Shown: one piece after another, positions 48,407 through 59,868 of the stretch
Position numbering within the stretch: the first letter of the stretch is position 1
How the letters are laid out: each line of letters starts with the position of its first letter
Assembly: GCA_009914755.4 (NCBI GenBank)
Contig: CP068257.2
Location: 43,328,001 to 43,392,000, forward strand
Reading direction: 5' to 3'
Source: the human T2T-CHM13v2.0 reference genome, Homo sapiens
DNA: 64,000 nucleotides
Notes under the pieces: model-generated
Database searches by the model: none
Told to the model about the DNA's origin: nothing
The model's input: the letters and a program-made list of their open reading frames with translations, nothing else
Translations under genes and position numbers: made by a program

Positions 48407-51400
48407 TAGGATGTTAATGAGCGTATCATGAGGTCCTAGGTGAAACCCGGGTCAAATCCAGCACCGGGGTGGGTCCAGTTGGTCTTAGCCAGCTGGGCCC
48501 GCACTCTGGTTTTCAGGGTCTTACAGCCTGAAATCTATTTCAACAGTTCCCTTTGGCTGGTCCTGGAAAACTGCTGCCTGGAATTTTCTATCCTCTTGCA
48601 ACCACCCTGTATGATTCCTGTCTCAGGGGATCTGAACTCCTGTTCCCAGGGGGAAGACAGCAGGAAGCCAATACACACACACACTGTGGGCAGAGAGAAA
48701 CCAAGTGGCAGAGGGGAGAGAGACAAGAGGGGCCGCCCCCGCCGAGCAGGGCCTGGTTGGGGGAGGAGCCACTCGGGGCCCTGGGCGGAGACAGAAGGGG
48801 CAGCAGGTGCGAAGCTGGCAGGTTCAGCCCGGGCCAGGGGAGCCGAGAGAGGTGCGGCGAGGGGCAGGGAGGCAGGAAACAGTGTGCCAGGCCCCTGGGC
48901 CTTGAGAGGGGTTAGGGTTGAACTCTGAGTGCAACAAGAGGCCCAGGAAGTTTCCAGCACGGAGGCAGACAGGACCTAGTGTGACAGCGAGGCTCCCATA
49001 GTGCCGTGCGCCAGCTAGCATTATAAGGACTTTGCATTTATTAACTATTCTTATTTCAATGTACGGAAAAGGCTGAGGCCAGACGCACAGGCAGCTGCGC
49101 CAGGCTGGGACTCCCCACTGGCAGCCACCATGGGGCTCTGGAAGCCCCTCCTGTGCTGAATGGAGAGCCCCAGGATCTTTGCTCATCTCAATCTTTGTCA
49201 ATTCTTCCGACACCCCTCACAAATGTGAGTGGTTGGTCTAAGCTGGTCACAGTGGGAGAACCCCTGGCTTTGGGGATTGGCTCACGGTGGTCCAATCAGC
49301 ACAAAGCCCTGTTGCGGTCACAGCCACCCCAAGATGGGAGGGGCAGCGTGGGCAGAGGGTGGAAATGGCCCCCCATCTCAACCATCCCACAGCCCTGGAT
49401 CAGCCATGCCTGAAGCCCCTGCTGCCCTGAGCTGCCCAGCTCTGGGAGCAGTGAAGGTTCTGGGAGCCAGTGAAGGTTTTGAGGGGTGGGCAGTGTGAGA
49501 AGAGGCTCCTGTTCGTTGCACCTGGAGCATCCTGAAGGTAGCAGGAAGGTTGTAGAACCGGGATGGGGCCACAAGACAGGAGGAAAGGAAAAGCAGGGGA
49601 GGGGAGGGGCAGGGCAGGGGAAAGGGGGCCGTGGAGGTGCTCGGGGGGCATCAGGAGCAGAATCCACACCTTGTCACCCCCACAGCCCCCACCTCTGCAG
49701 ATCTCCAAGGCTTGAGGAGCCCCTCACACTCACTGAATGAGCCCTGAGGACCCCTGACGGGGCCTCCAGACTCAGAGTCCTGTTTGTGGGGCCACGGCCC
49801 AGCCTGCCCTTGCTAAGTAACTCTGAACTCGATTTAGACACTGGGGAAGGATTCTGAATTCAGTCCAGCGTGAATGCAGCCGTGAGGCCAGGGTGAGGCG
49901 GCCCTCACGGTGGTGATTGCCTAGAAGTTTCTTATGAAGCAGCACACACATAGTGTGACCGTCTATATGGGACTCAAAACAGGCAGAGACACCCGTGGAG
50001 ACAGAGGTTAGAGCCACAGCCACGTGGCCAGGGTGGTGTGGACCTGTTTCTGGATCTGCCGCTTTAAAGTGTGTGTTTGGTTCGTGAACACTTGCTGGGG
50101 GTCCACTTACGCTTTGTGAAACTGGGCTGGGAACCTCACCTTGTAGAAGCTGCTGGAAGCAGAACACAGCATCCCTATGAGGGGGTGTGCAACTTTTAGG
50201 GGGCTGTGTCCCACAGCACAATGGGTAACTCATTTGTTTGAAAGCTGTAAGGCAAAACACATTTTTTTCTTTGCCTTTTTGTTGGTAGTCTGCATAAACT
50301 CAGCTGTTTTCTAGAAGTCAGCAAATAGCCATCCGTTTCCCTCCATGATGCCAAGGGGCCAGATGTTCGGGGAATTGCCCAGCAGACGTGGCTGCACCCC
50401 TCTGAGAGCCAGCCCAACCCAGCTCCGGCCTTGGTGGCTCCTGGTGGAAAAGCCTCTGCCCCCAAGCGTCCCCTTGGTCCAGGAGAAAGGCGGAGGCAGC
50501 CCGGCTGCTCATGCCAGCACAGCCTCCATCAAATTAAACATTCTATCCATTTACTTGATGGATGTTTGACCAGAGGAATCCAAAATTTAAATGTAAGCAG
50601 TGAGCCTGCTTTAAAGTGAATGGCTCATTAGGAAACAAAGCATCCCATGAGATCAATACTTGGCTTCTGAGCTCTGCTTTTCTGAAGGGATCGCTAAACG
50701 CCAGCAGGCAGGAGCAGCCAGGAGCTCCAATACCTTGGAGGGGGCGTTGAGCAGGCATCTGCACCAGCTAGGTTTTGGGGTGACTGCACCCCTTGAGTTG
50801 TGCGGCTGGGTGTCTTCTGGTGACGGACAAGCATGCTTCTCACTGTGGGAGCTGTCACCATCGCACACACCAGGCCCTGTTGAGACGTCAGGGCAGTAAC
50901 AGGGAAGCTTCCTCAGGCTCAGAAGGAACAGATGGGCCCTGTCGGGGAGTCGGGGAGTCAGGGAGCCGAGGCCAGCCATGGAAGTCCTCAGCCAGGGAGG
51001 GTCCACATCTGGGGGAATCATGCCCAGGTGTGAGGCCCTGGGCTGGACAACAGCAGAGACAGGATGACCCAGGGGTGGTCTGCTGGTCCTGGCCCTCGTC
51101 CCCTGCTGGGAGGATGTCCAGTTAGGCCTGGAGCAGTGCCAGACCGTCCACCGCAGCCAGTGGGGGCTGCTGACGAGGATGCCTCCGATGTGTTTATCCA
51201 CAGTGTCACTTCCTTTTTATTATAAAGGGAATGTGTTTCCTTTTGGGAACTTGAGAAAATACAGATTGGCAAAATGAGGACAATGCAAATCGATCGTATT
51301 CCAGCCACTCAGATACAATGACTGTTGGTGTTTATTCCACTGCGTGACATTTCATCTGGACATGGGGCCCCACTGTTGGTGTCCATCACTGTGCACCATC

Positions 51401-51840
51401 CTTGTGACCGGATGCTCCACGTTCCCTGCGTGCACACACTACAAAGCCCAGCCCGCTTTGTAGACATTTGGTTATTTCCAGATTCTCACTATTGTGAATA
51501 ACACAGCAATGAATACTGTGGTGACCTTATGTCGTTCATCTGCCTAATGTCTATTTGGGGACCCTCCCCCAACTCTTGGCTTGGTTGGGGCTGGTCCCAC
51601 TCCCAGCTCCAGGTGTGGGTGAGTCAGGCTGGGCTAGTCAGAGCCTCTCACCCTCCTAGTCACAGAAATGGGGTTGGGGATGGTTGCGTGGCCTGAGCCA
51701 AACCCATCAGAGCCCTCCCAGGGCTTCTGCCGAAATGCAGGGAAGGAGACACCCTCTGTTACTGGAGCTTGCTGGCCCCCGAGGGGACCTCTGGCCCACC
51801 ATGGGGGAGAGCCAAGCTGGAAAGTATCAGGGCTGTAAGA

Positions 51841-51915
51841 GACTTGAGTGGATAGGACTTGAGTGGACAGGACCTGAGTGGACAGGACCTGAGTGGACAG
51901 GACTTGAGTGGGCAG
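51841..51915. repeat. 15-bp tandem repeat x5 (GACTTGAGTGGACAG)
   Basis: Direct reading. Confidence 0.85.
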
Positions 51916-51989
51916 CTCTCCAGGGGAGACGTGGAGATGGCCAGTTGGCACATGTAAAGATGCTCAGCACCTGTAATCACCAGGGGAGT

Positions 51990-52290
51990 GCAGGGAAAAG
52001 TTACACCCATTAGGATGGCTACTATTAAAAAAAAAAACAAAACAGAAAATGACAAGTGTGAGGATGTGGAGAGACTGAAACCCTTGCGCTCTGCTGGCGG
52101 AGTGTAAGATGGTGCAGCCGCTATGGAAACCAGTATGGCGGTTCCTCAGAAAATTAAAAATAGAATTACCATAGGAGCCAGCAACCCCCTTGTGGGTCTA
52201 TACCCAGAAGAATTGCGGGTCTGGAAAAGACCTTTGTAGCCCATGTTCACAGCCGCGTTGTTCACGTTGGCTAAACGCCGGAGCAGCGGC
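51990..52290 (+). mobile_element. ancient L1 3'-end fragment, sense, strongly CpG-enriched, abutting the CpG island
   Basis: gtgtgaggatgtggagagactgaaacccttgcgctctgctggcggagtgtaagatggtgcagccgctatggaaaccagtatggcggttcctcagaaaattaaaaatagaattaccataggagccagcaaccccttgtgggtctatacccagaagaattg…cccatgttcacagccgcgttgttcacgttggctaaacgccgg versus recalled consensus …tggtgaggatgtggagaaactggaacac…cattgctggtgggaatgtaaaatggtacagccactttggaaaacagtttggcagttcctcaaaaagttaaacatagaattaccatatgacccagcaattccactcctaggtatatacccaagagaattg…cgaatgttcatagcagcattattcacaatagccaaaaagtgg. Confidence 0.6.
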
Positions 52291-53740
52291 GCCTCCAGGG
52301 AGGGTGGATGGGTGAACACGATGTGGGCCCCACGACAGCAGGACCGATGCAGCCTTTGAAGGAAGGGAATTGGGACGCAGCTGCCAGGGGTAAGCGTCGG
52401 GCCACGAAGGCCACGGGCCTGGGTCTCGCGTGGGGCCTTCATTGGGAGGAACAGCGAAGAGGCCACCCCCGCCCTCAGCCGTTCGTGCACTTGGTCCAGG
52501 CGGGACCCGGCAGGACCCCCAGCAGCCCCGGGAAGCGCCCGGACGACGGCACGGGGGCCCCAGGGCGCCGCGAAGGAAGCCCCCCGAGGGCGAGGCCGGG
52601 CGAGGCCAGGGGGCCGGGGCCAGAGGCGGTCGCGGCGGGGGTGGGTGTCCTGGAGCAGGAGCGGCAGCGGGAAACGAAGACACGCGCTTCTTCCTACTGG
52701 GGGGATGGCTGGGAAGTAAGACCGGCCGGGCCGCCGAGCCCGCTGCGAGGGGCTTCGCGTGGCGGCCGCACCTGAGCCCGAGCGCGCCCTTGAGAGGCGG
52801 CGCCCACGGGGGCAGAGACCCACGGTCCACGCGCAGACCCGGAGAACCCGCGATGTCGCCGCACGCAGCGCCGCTGTGAAGGACGGAGGCGGGGCGGGGC
52901 CCTGGGACAGGGAGCGGGTGGGGGCGGGGTGGGGGGGGACGGGACGGGGACAGGGAGCGGGTGGGGGCGGGGTGGGGGGGGGACGGGGCGGGGTGGGGGG
53001 GGACCGGACGGGGACAGGGAGCGGGTGGGGGCGGGGACGGGGGGCTCGGGGCCGGGTGGGGGGAGGGCCCGTCCGGGGCTGCGCGGGAAGCCCTGGGTTG
53101 GCCTTGGTGCTCTGTGATGCCCACGCTGGGTGCAAATGTTGCTTTGGTAAAAATAACAACAACGAAAGGAAAAGCCAAGCCGGACCAGCCCCACCCGCAG
53201 GGCCCCGGCCCCGGCCCCGGCCCCGCCCTTGGACTCTTCCCCGCCCCACCCCCACCCGTGGGCGAGCGAGCCCGGACCGTGAAGGGAGGGGGCGGGGCGG
53301 GGGCCCGGAGGGGCGGGGAGGGGCCGGGTCCTCCCGCGCGGGGTCCTGGAGGTCGCGGCACGCGCTCCCTGCAGGCGACCCTGGGGCGCGTCTGTCCCAG
53401 GCCCGGGCAGGACCCCCGCCCGCTGGTTGTCTGCGCGGCTGCCCCGCGCCCGCCGCCCCCGGCCGCTGTCGCGCGTTCCCAGACATTCTTTGGGCCCAAG
53501 GCTCCGGGCGTTCTGGCGGCGGCGCTGGGAAGAGGCCGGGCGCCGGCTCCCACAGCCGGGCCCTGTCCCGCTGGGCGCGGGCGATGCCATTCGTCACGCT
53601 CTATTATTGTAGGCAGCGCACCCCGGGGCTCGGTTCCCACACTGCGCCTGAGGCCTGGGGCCTGAGCGTGGGCCGCACCCGCCGACCTGGGGGGCCCTGG
53701 AGGGAGCGGCTCGGAGGGGCGCCGGTGCCTGGGCAGGTGG
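52280..53740. promoter_or_regulatory. CpG island (about 1.45 kb, very high GC and CpG density); candidate unmethylated promoter or first-exon region, strand undetermined
   Basis: Direct reading: dense CpG throughout (cagcggcgcctcc…cgtcgggccacgaagg…gccccgggaagcgcccggacgacggcacggg…gcgcgttcccag…cgggcgcgggcgatgccattcgtcacgc). No TATA box; typical CpG-island promoter look. Confidence 0.6.
52895..53065. repeat. G-rich imperfect tandem repeat inside the CpG island (GGAGCGGGTGGGGGCGGGGTGGGGGGGGACGGGACGGGGACAG, about 3.5 copies)
   Basis: Direct reading; G-runs of 4 to 10. Confidence 0.8.
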
Positions 53741-55194
53741 ATCTGGGAAAGATGCCACTGTTCCTGCCACGTCACTGCTGGCTGCAGGGTCCTGAGGTGG
53801 TGGCGGTGGTCCGTGGCCTGTGTCAGCTGTCATGTGCCGGCTGCAGGGGGCGGACAGGCCAAGGGACCCACCCCGACTTTACGATTAGAGTGTTGGGCCA
53901 AGGGTTTCTCTGGTTAAAGACCTGATGACCCTCCCATTGACAGCCACGGCCCAGCCAAGACCAGCACTACGCATCCCCTGGGCACACACCCCGGTGTCAG
54001 GACTCACCATGTGAGATCTAACCTGGCGGGCGCTATTTCCAGCCACACTGGAGGTCGGAGTCCAGACTCAGTTTCCTCACCTGGGAGACCGCATGGTAGC
54101 ACCCTCTCCAGAGGTGTCTGCATGGCGCTCCGAGAAGGGCCTGGCACCCCTGTCTATGGAAGCATGTTTAAGTTCTCCCATCCACACACAGAATGCCGCT
54201 GCCTCTGCTGCCACAGTCGCATGACACAAACCACAGTTACGGGACCTGGACTCTGGAGAAACGCAGAGAACCCACGGGGCCTGGCCCTCCGCCCTCACGA
54301 GCTCCACAAGGACTCAGCGGTGACCTGTGTGAGTGAGAGTGTGTGGTCCCATCGGGACAAAGGGAGCCACGTGGCCCACTCTTGGGCTGGAAGACAGGAA
54401 AGTAGAACTGTTTTCCCCCAAAAGTGAGCAGGGCAGCCACCTGCCTGGCAACACGGGTTCCCCACACTGGGAAAACTGAGGTCAATCAGTTCGACCTGTA
54501 CCTGTGCCACAGCCACTGTCTCTGCAGACCCATGGGTGCGACCTGAACACTAGGAACAGGCCTGTGCCCTGCTCCCCAGTGGAGGTGTCTGCTCCCGCCT
54601 GTGCACACTCAGGGTCAGTTGTCATGGGGGCCATCTGATCACTGCTGCTCCTTAGCAGCCAGGACAAGCCCAGGGACGCTGCACACTGCCAAGCCCACTT
54701 CATGCAAGTCCTGGCCGGAAGTCCATGCGATTCATGCAGAATTATGTCCCCACCCCCACCCCTCCCGCAGCCTCCACAGAGCCTGACCTGAGCTGTGGGC
54801 GGTCACTGGGGAGCAGTGACCAGAAGGCACATGGTCTATGCCCAGTGAGACCCCAGCCACTGCCTGCCTTCTCTTTCCGGCGGGTCCTGGGACCACCTCC
54901 CAGATAGATGACTTACACTCAAATCCTGGACTTGAGATCTAGTTCTGAAGAAACCAAACCAAGATGGGCAAAACGTCCACAAAAAGAGAAACACGAATAG
55001 CCAACAACGACATGAAAAATGTTTAGGAATCTAAGAGAGACAAATTCTAAGGGGAGATCGTATTTCACCCTCCAGACTGACGACCTTCAGTGGCGTGGTA
55101 AGAAAGCCAGGCGTGGCGAGGCCAGCAGCACAGGATGTCCGCGCCTGACCCTCCCACGACCCTTCGGGAAGTCTTTTGGGCAATATGAACTGAG

Positions 55195-55310
55195 GTCATC
55201 AGAAACATGCGTTTCTGCATCTCAGCAATTTCACTGTGATGATTTACCCCAAGGAACTAATTGGATAATCGTGCAAAGAGATTCAGGTGTGTATAAGATA
55301 CTCAATGCAG
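55195..55310 (+). mobile_element. short L1 3'-end-like fragment
   Basis: gtttctgcatctcagcaatttcactgtgatgatttaccccaaggaactaattggataatcgtgcaaagagattcaggtgtgtataagatactc resembles L1 ORF2 3'-end sense (…tttaccccaaggaaatgaaaacatatgtccacacaaagacttgtacacgaatgttcatag). Confidence 0.35.
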
Positions 55311-57442
55311 GGCAAGGGCCAGGGCCAGGGATGGCTCTATCAGCAACGGGGGAAGAGGGCCAGGCCGAGGGAACATCGGGAGGCCAGTGCCAGCGGGAAC
55401 CCGTGTCCCTGTGCCTCACAGCCCCTCCCCAGACTGTCCAGCCAGTCCAGGAATCTCCCAGTCCCCCGTGATCCTGGCCATACTCCCCTGGGAGTAGCAG
55501 GAAGGTGGCCGAAAAACACAAAGCCACAGCCAACTCCCTGCACCAGCTGAGGTCCAGTGATCTCGGACACACAGGGCACTGAGAACGTGGGCTGGACGGA
55601 CACGTGGCCAGCTAGGCCCAGGACAGCCCGGACATGCTGCCCTCTTGGGTCTGATTCTCCTCCCTGGGACTTCAGGGTAAATAAGAGGCCAGAGGCCCTC
55701 TCTCCACTGGGATCGCCTGGCGGAGGGGCCACGGCCCTGGGGCTGGTGGGACCACAAGTGAGGCTGGCAGGGAGCCTGTAAAGTGAGCAGGACGAGAATC
55801 CTCTCCACAGAACGGTGACGGGCAATAAGGATGCTAATGTGGCAAAAGCTCTCCATAAACAGTAAGCGCTGAGTGTGCAGAAATAATTTTATTTTTATCA
55901 TCGCGTGTCCTGCTGTGCTGATCATCTGACTGCACGTTGAGACTGTGCTTTTCCGATCTCTCAGGTAGGGTGGCCCTACCAGGATCACTAACCCATGAGC
56001 AGGACAGGTGTGCAAGAGACCCCTGCTCACTCCAGTCCCCGCTCAGAGAACCATGGCCCCAGCAGGGTGCACGTGGCCTGCCCTTTGATCTAGTTGTCTT
56101 GGCCGATGACACAAGGTCATCATTCCTCAGCACTGGGTTGCCGCGGGAACAGAGAGGCCAAGGCCAGGCGAGTGTCCGTCCTGTCCAGTGGGATCCTTGC
56201 AGCGACCGGTGGAGCCTGTCAGAGCCCTGGGGCCAGGCCACCCAAACGCTGTGAGGTGGGGACAATGATAGAAGGGCCAGCACAGCACTCACTAAGAGAC
56301 AATTGTAGTTCGTACATTTATAAAGAAAAGCCGGCCTCACACTGTGCACCCACCCCGTGACAAGACGCTTTTTCGTTTATGTCATGTAGCCATCGTGCAG
56401 AGCGTTTCTCCCGGGGCCTCGGGATGGGGCATCGTTGATTTCACCAGAGCCCCCGCACCCCATGTAAGGGGGCAGAAGGCCATGTGTAAGGGGGCAGAGG
56501 CCTTTTCCTGCCTCCACCTACCACACCCCAGGTCCCAGTGGGGAGCCCTCCCAGCACCAGGGGTCTTACACACACACAGAGGACTTCTATTTATGGCAGA
56601 TCAGGGAACTTGGTTCCCTTCCCATCACTCCCACTGGAAGCAGAAAGTGCTGAGTGAAACACAAAACACACACAGTGTTTTCTCAGACACACGAGTGAGC
56701 TGGCAGGTGAGAAATGAACTCAGAAGCTGTAGCTGGCGCGTGGGCAGGAACCTGGAGGGCTGAGGGGAGCTCTGGGCTGGCTGGGCCTGCGAGGGCATTT
56801 ATTGGATTACAAACGTGAACTTGAGCTTGGCCTGGAGGCCCGGGTGGAAGACGGCACAGCTCAGGGCGGACTGAAGAAGGGCAGTCTGGAGGGAGACCCT
56901 GTCCACATAAAGAACCACAAGAGGCTGGGCTAGAACAGCATTCTCTGGCCCCCACCCCTGGGCACTATCCCTGATTTGGGCACGGAGTGGAGGAGAAACC
57001 CTCTCCCTAAAGATTTGTGACCACAAGCTGGCACTCATGAGGTCAGCCCCCAAAAGTCACACAACCTGGGGGTCCAAAGCCCAGGATTTAATGTGAGTTG
57101 GTTTGAGACTGGTCAGGATTGCAGCAAACACAAGTTCTCTGTGGGAGAAACCAGGTCAACCCACACCTCAAGGCATTGCCGCACACATGTGGACCCATCG
57201 CGGAAACTCACAAAGCACACCAGGACTCAAGGCACATGGCGAGCTGGAAGCACACAGGCAGCAGAGCGTGGCTCACAGATCCTGCAGCTGTGGGATTTCC
57301 AGGGCAGAGGATATAACTCAGATGTGCTTAAGTAAGTAAAAAAGGGATTTAAAATAATGAATATAGAGTGTGTGATATAAAAATATGATAAAGCCAAATT
57401 GAAAAAGGCCAAATAGAATTTCTAGAAATGAAAACTAAATAG

Positions 57443-57796
<354 letters not shown>

Positions 57797-58278
57797 TCAT
57801 AGTAACACTTTAAAAAACCCTCAATGGATAGATTTAACTGCTGTTAGATATAGTTAAAGAAAAAGCTAGTGAAATGGAAGATTAATCTGAAGAAATAATC
57901 TCTAATCCAACACAGAGAAACAAAAACATGGACAATGTGAAGAGCACATGGTTCATAGAAAAGAAAGTGGCAAATATGTACAGCTAAACCCTATAAAGCA
58001 GACAATATGAAACAACACATGGACTGTCTAATGGGGCTAAGACAATAAAGATAAAACAAAATACAACACACAAGCGTGCATGGAGCAGGGGAGACTGACT
58101 TTAGACTGGAAGGGTCAGTAGGCAGTGAAATGACCAAGAAGACAGGAAGGGCAGGACACATAACTTTCACACTCATTCAGGGGAAGGAATGAGGGAAGTG
58201 TGATTTATTCAAAGAAAGCAAGAAAGGAGAGAAAAAAGGAAAAGAGAAGGTGAGATGACTATACGGTATAAAACAGAC

Positions 58279-58603
<325 letters not shown>

Positions 58604-58663
58604 TCATATCTTAGTGGTGAAGTCTTGGAAGCATTCCCCCTTTTTAATTCTCATTTGATTACT

Positions 58664-59868
58664 TTTTTTTTCTTCAACTTTTATTTTAAGTTCTGGGTAC
58701 ATTTGCAGGATGTACAGGTTTGTTACATAGGCAAATGTGTGCCATGGTGGTTTACTGCACCTATCAATCCATCACCTAGGTATTAAGCCCAGCATGTGTT
58801 AGCTATTCTTCCTGATGCTCTCTCTCCCCTCATCCCGCCACCAACAGGACCCCATGTGTGTTGTTCCCCCGATGTGTCCATGTGTTCTCATCATTCAGCT
58901 CCCACATATAAATGAGAACATGTGGTGTTTGGTTTTCTGTTCCTGCATTAGCTTGCTGAGGATAATGGCTTCCAGCTCCATCCATGTGCCTGCAAAGGAC
59001 ATGATCTCTTTCCTTTTTATGGCTGCATAGTATTCCATGGTGTATATGGATGACGTTTTCCTTATCCAGTCTATCATGGATGAGCATTCAAGTTGATTCC
59101 ATGTCTTTGCTATTGTGAATAGTGCTGGGTCAATTGGTGCTTCTGCCTGTAGGTCTTCAAGGAATCGCCACACTGTCTTCCACAATGGTTGAACTAATTT
59201 ACACCCCACCAACAGTGTAAAAGCGTTCCTATTTCTCCACAACCTCATCAGCATCTGTTGTTTTTTGACTTTTTAGTAATAGCCATTCTGACTGGTGTCA
59301 GATGGTATCTCGTTGTGGTTTTGATTTCTCTAATGATCAGTGATGTTGAGCTTTTTTTGTGTGTGTTTGTTGGCCCCGCATGTATGTCTTCTTTTGAGAA
59401 GCATCTCTTCATGTCCTTTGCCCACTTTTTAATGGGATTGTTTTGTTTTTTCTCATAAATTTGTATAAGTTCCTTTTAGACTCTGGATATTAGACATTTG
59501 TCAGATGGATAGATTGCAAAAATTTTCTCCCCTTCTGTAAGTTGTCTTTTCACTCTGATGATAGTGTCTTTTGTTGTGCAGAAGCTCTTTAGTTAGATCC
59601 CATTTGTCAATTTTTTTCTTTTGTTGCCATTGCTTTTGGCATTTTCATCATGAAATCTTTGCCTGTGCCTATGTCCTGAATGGCATCGCCTAGATTTTCT
59701 TCTAGGGTTTTTATAGTTTTGGGTTTTACATGTAAGTCTTTAATCCATCTCAAGTTAATTTTTGTATATGGTGTAAGGAAAGGATCCAGTTTCAATTTTC
59801 TGCATATGGCTAGCCAGTTCTCCCAGCACCATTTGTTAAATAGGGACTCTTTTCCCCATTAGAAGCAT
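58664..59868 (-). mobile_element. L1 LINE 3' end (3' UTR plus C-terminal ORF2 region), antisense, 5'-truncated
   Basis: Reverse complement of L1 3' UTR (…gttctgggtacatttgcaggatgtacaggtttgttacataggcaaatgtgtgccatggtggtttactgcacc…). The antisense ORFs translate to L1 ORF2p C-terminus: [32 protein letters not shown]…ALFTIAKTWNQLECSSMIDWIRK…IYTMEYYAAIKRKEIMSFAGTWMELEAIILSKLMQEQKTKHHMFS and [61 protein letters not shown]. Confidence 0.9.
58895..59254 (-). pseudogene. L1 ORF2p C-terminal coding remnant (non-functional, element truncated)
   Basis: 119-aa ORF with clear L1 ORF2p C-terminal motifs (FTIAKTWNQ…, IDWI…IYTMEYYAAIK…, …SKLMQEQKTKHHMFS). It is not an intact gene. Confidence 0.85.

Noticed and set aside
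52146-53925. Very long ORFs on both strands (483, 525 and 298 aa minus; 388 and 234 aa plus) over the CpG island
   Set aside because: The composition is low-complexity Pro/Arg/Gly/Ala and both strands are open in several frames simultaneously. This is the chance result of about 75-80% GC, where stops are rare. There is no start context, splice structure or domain-like sequence. I treat it as a CpG island, not a CDS.
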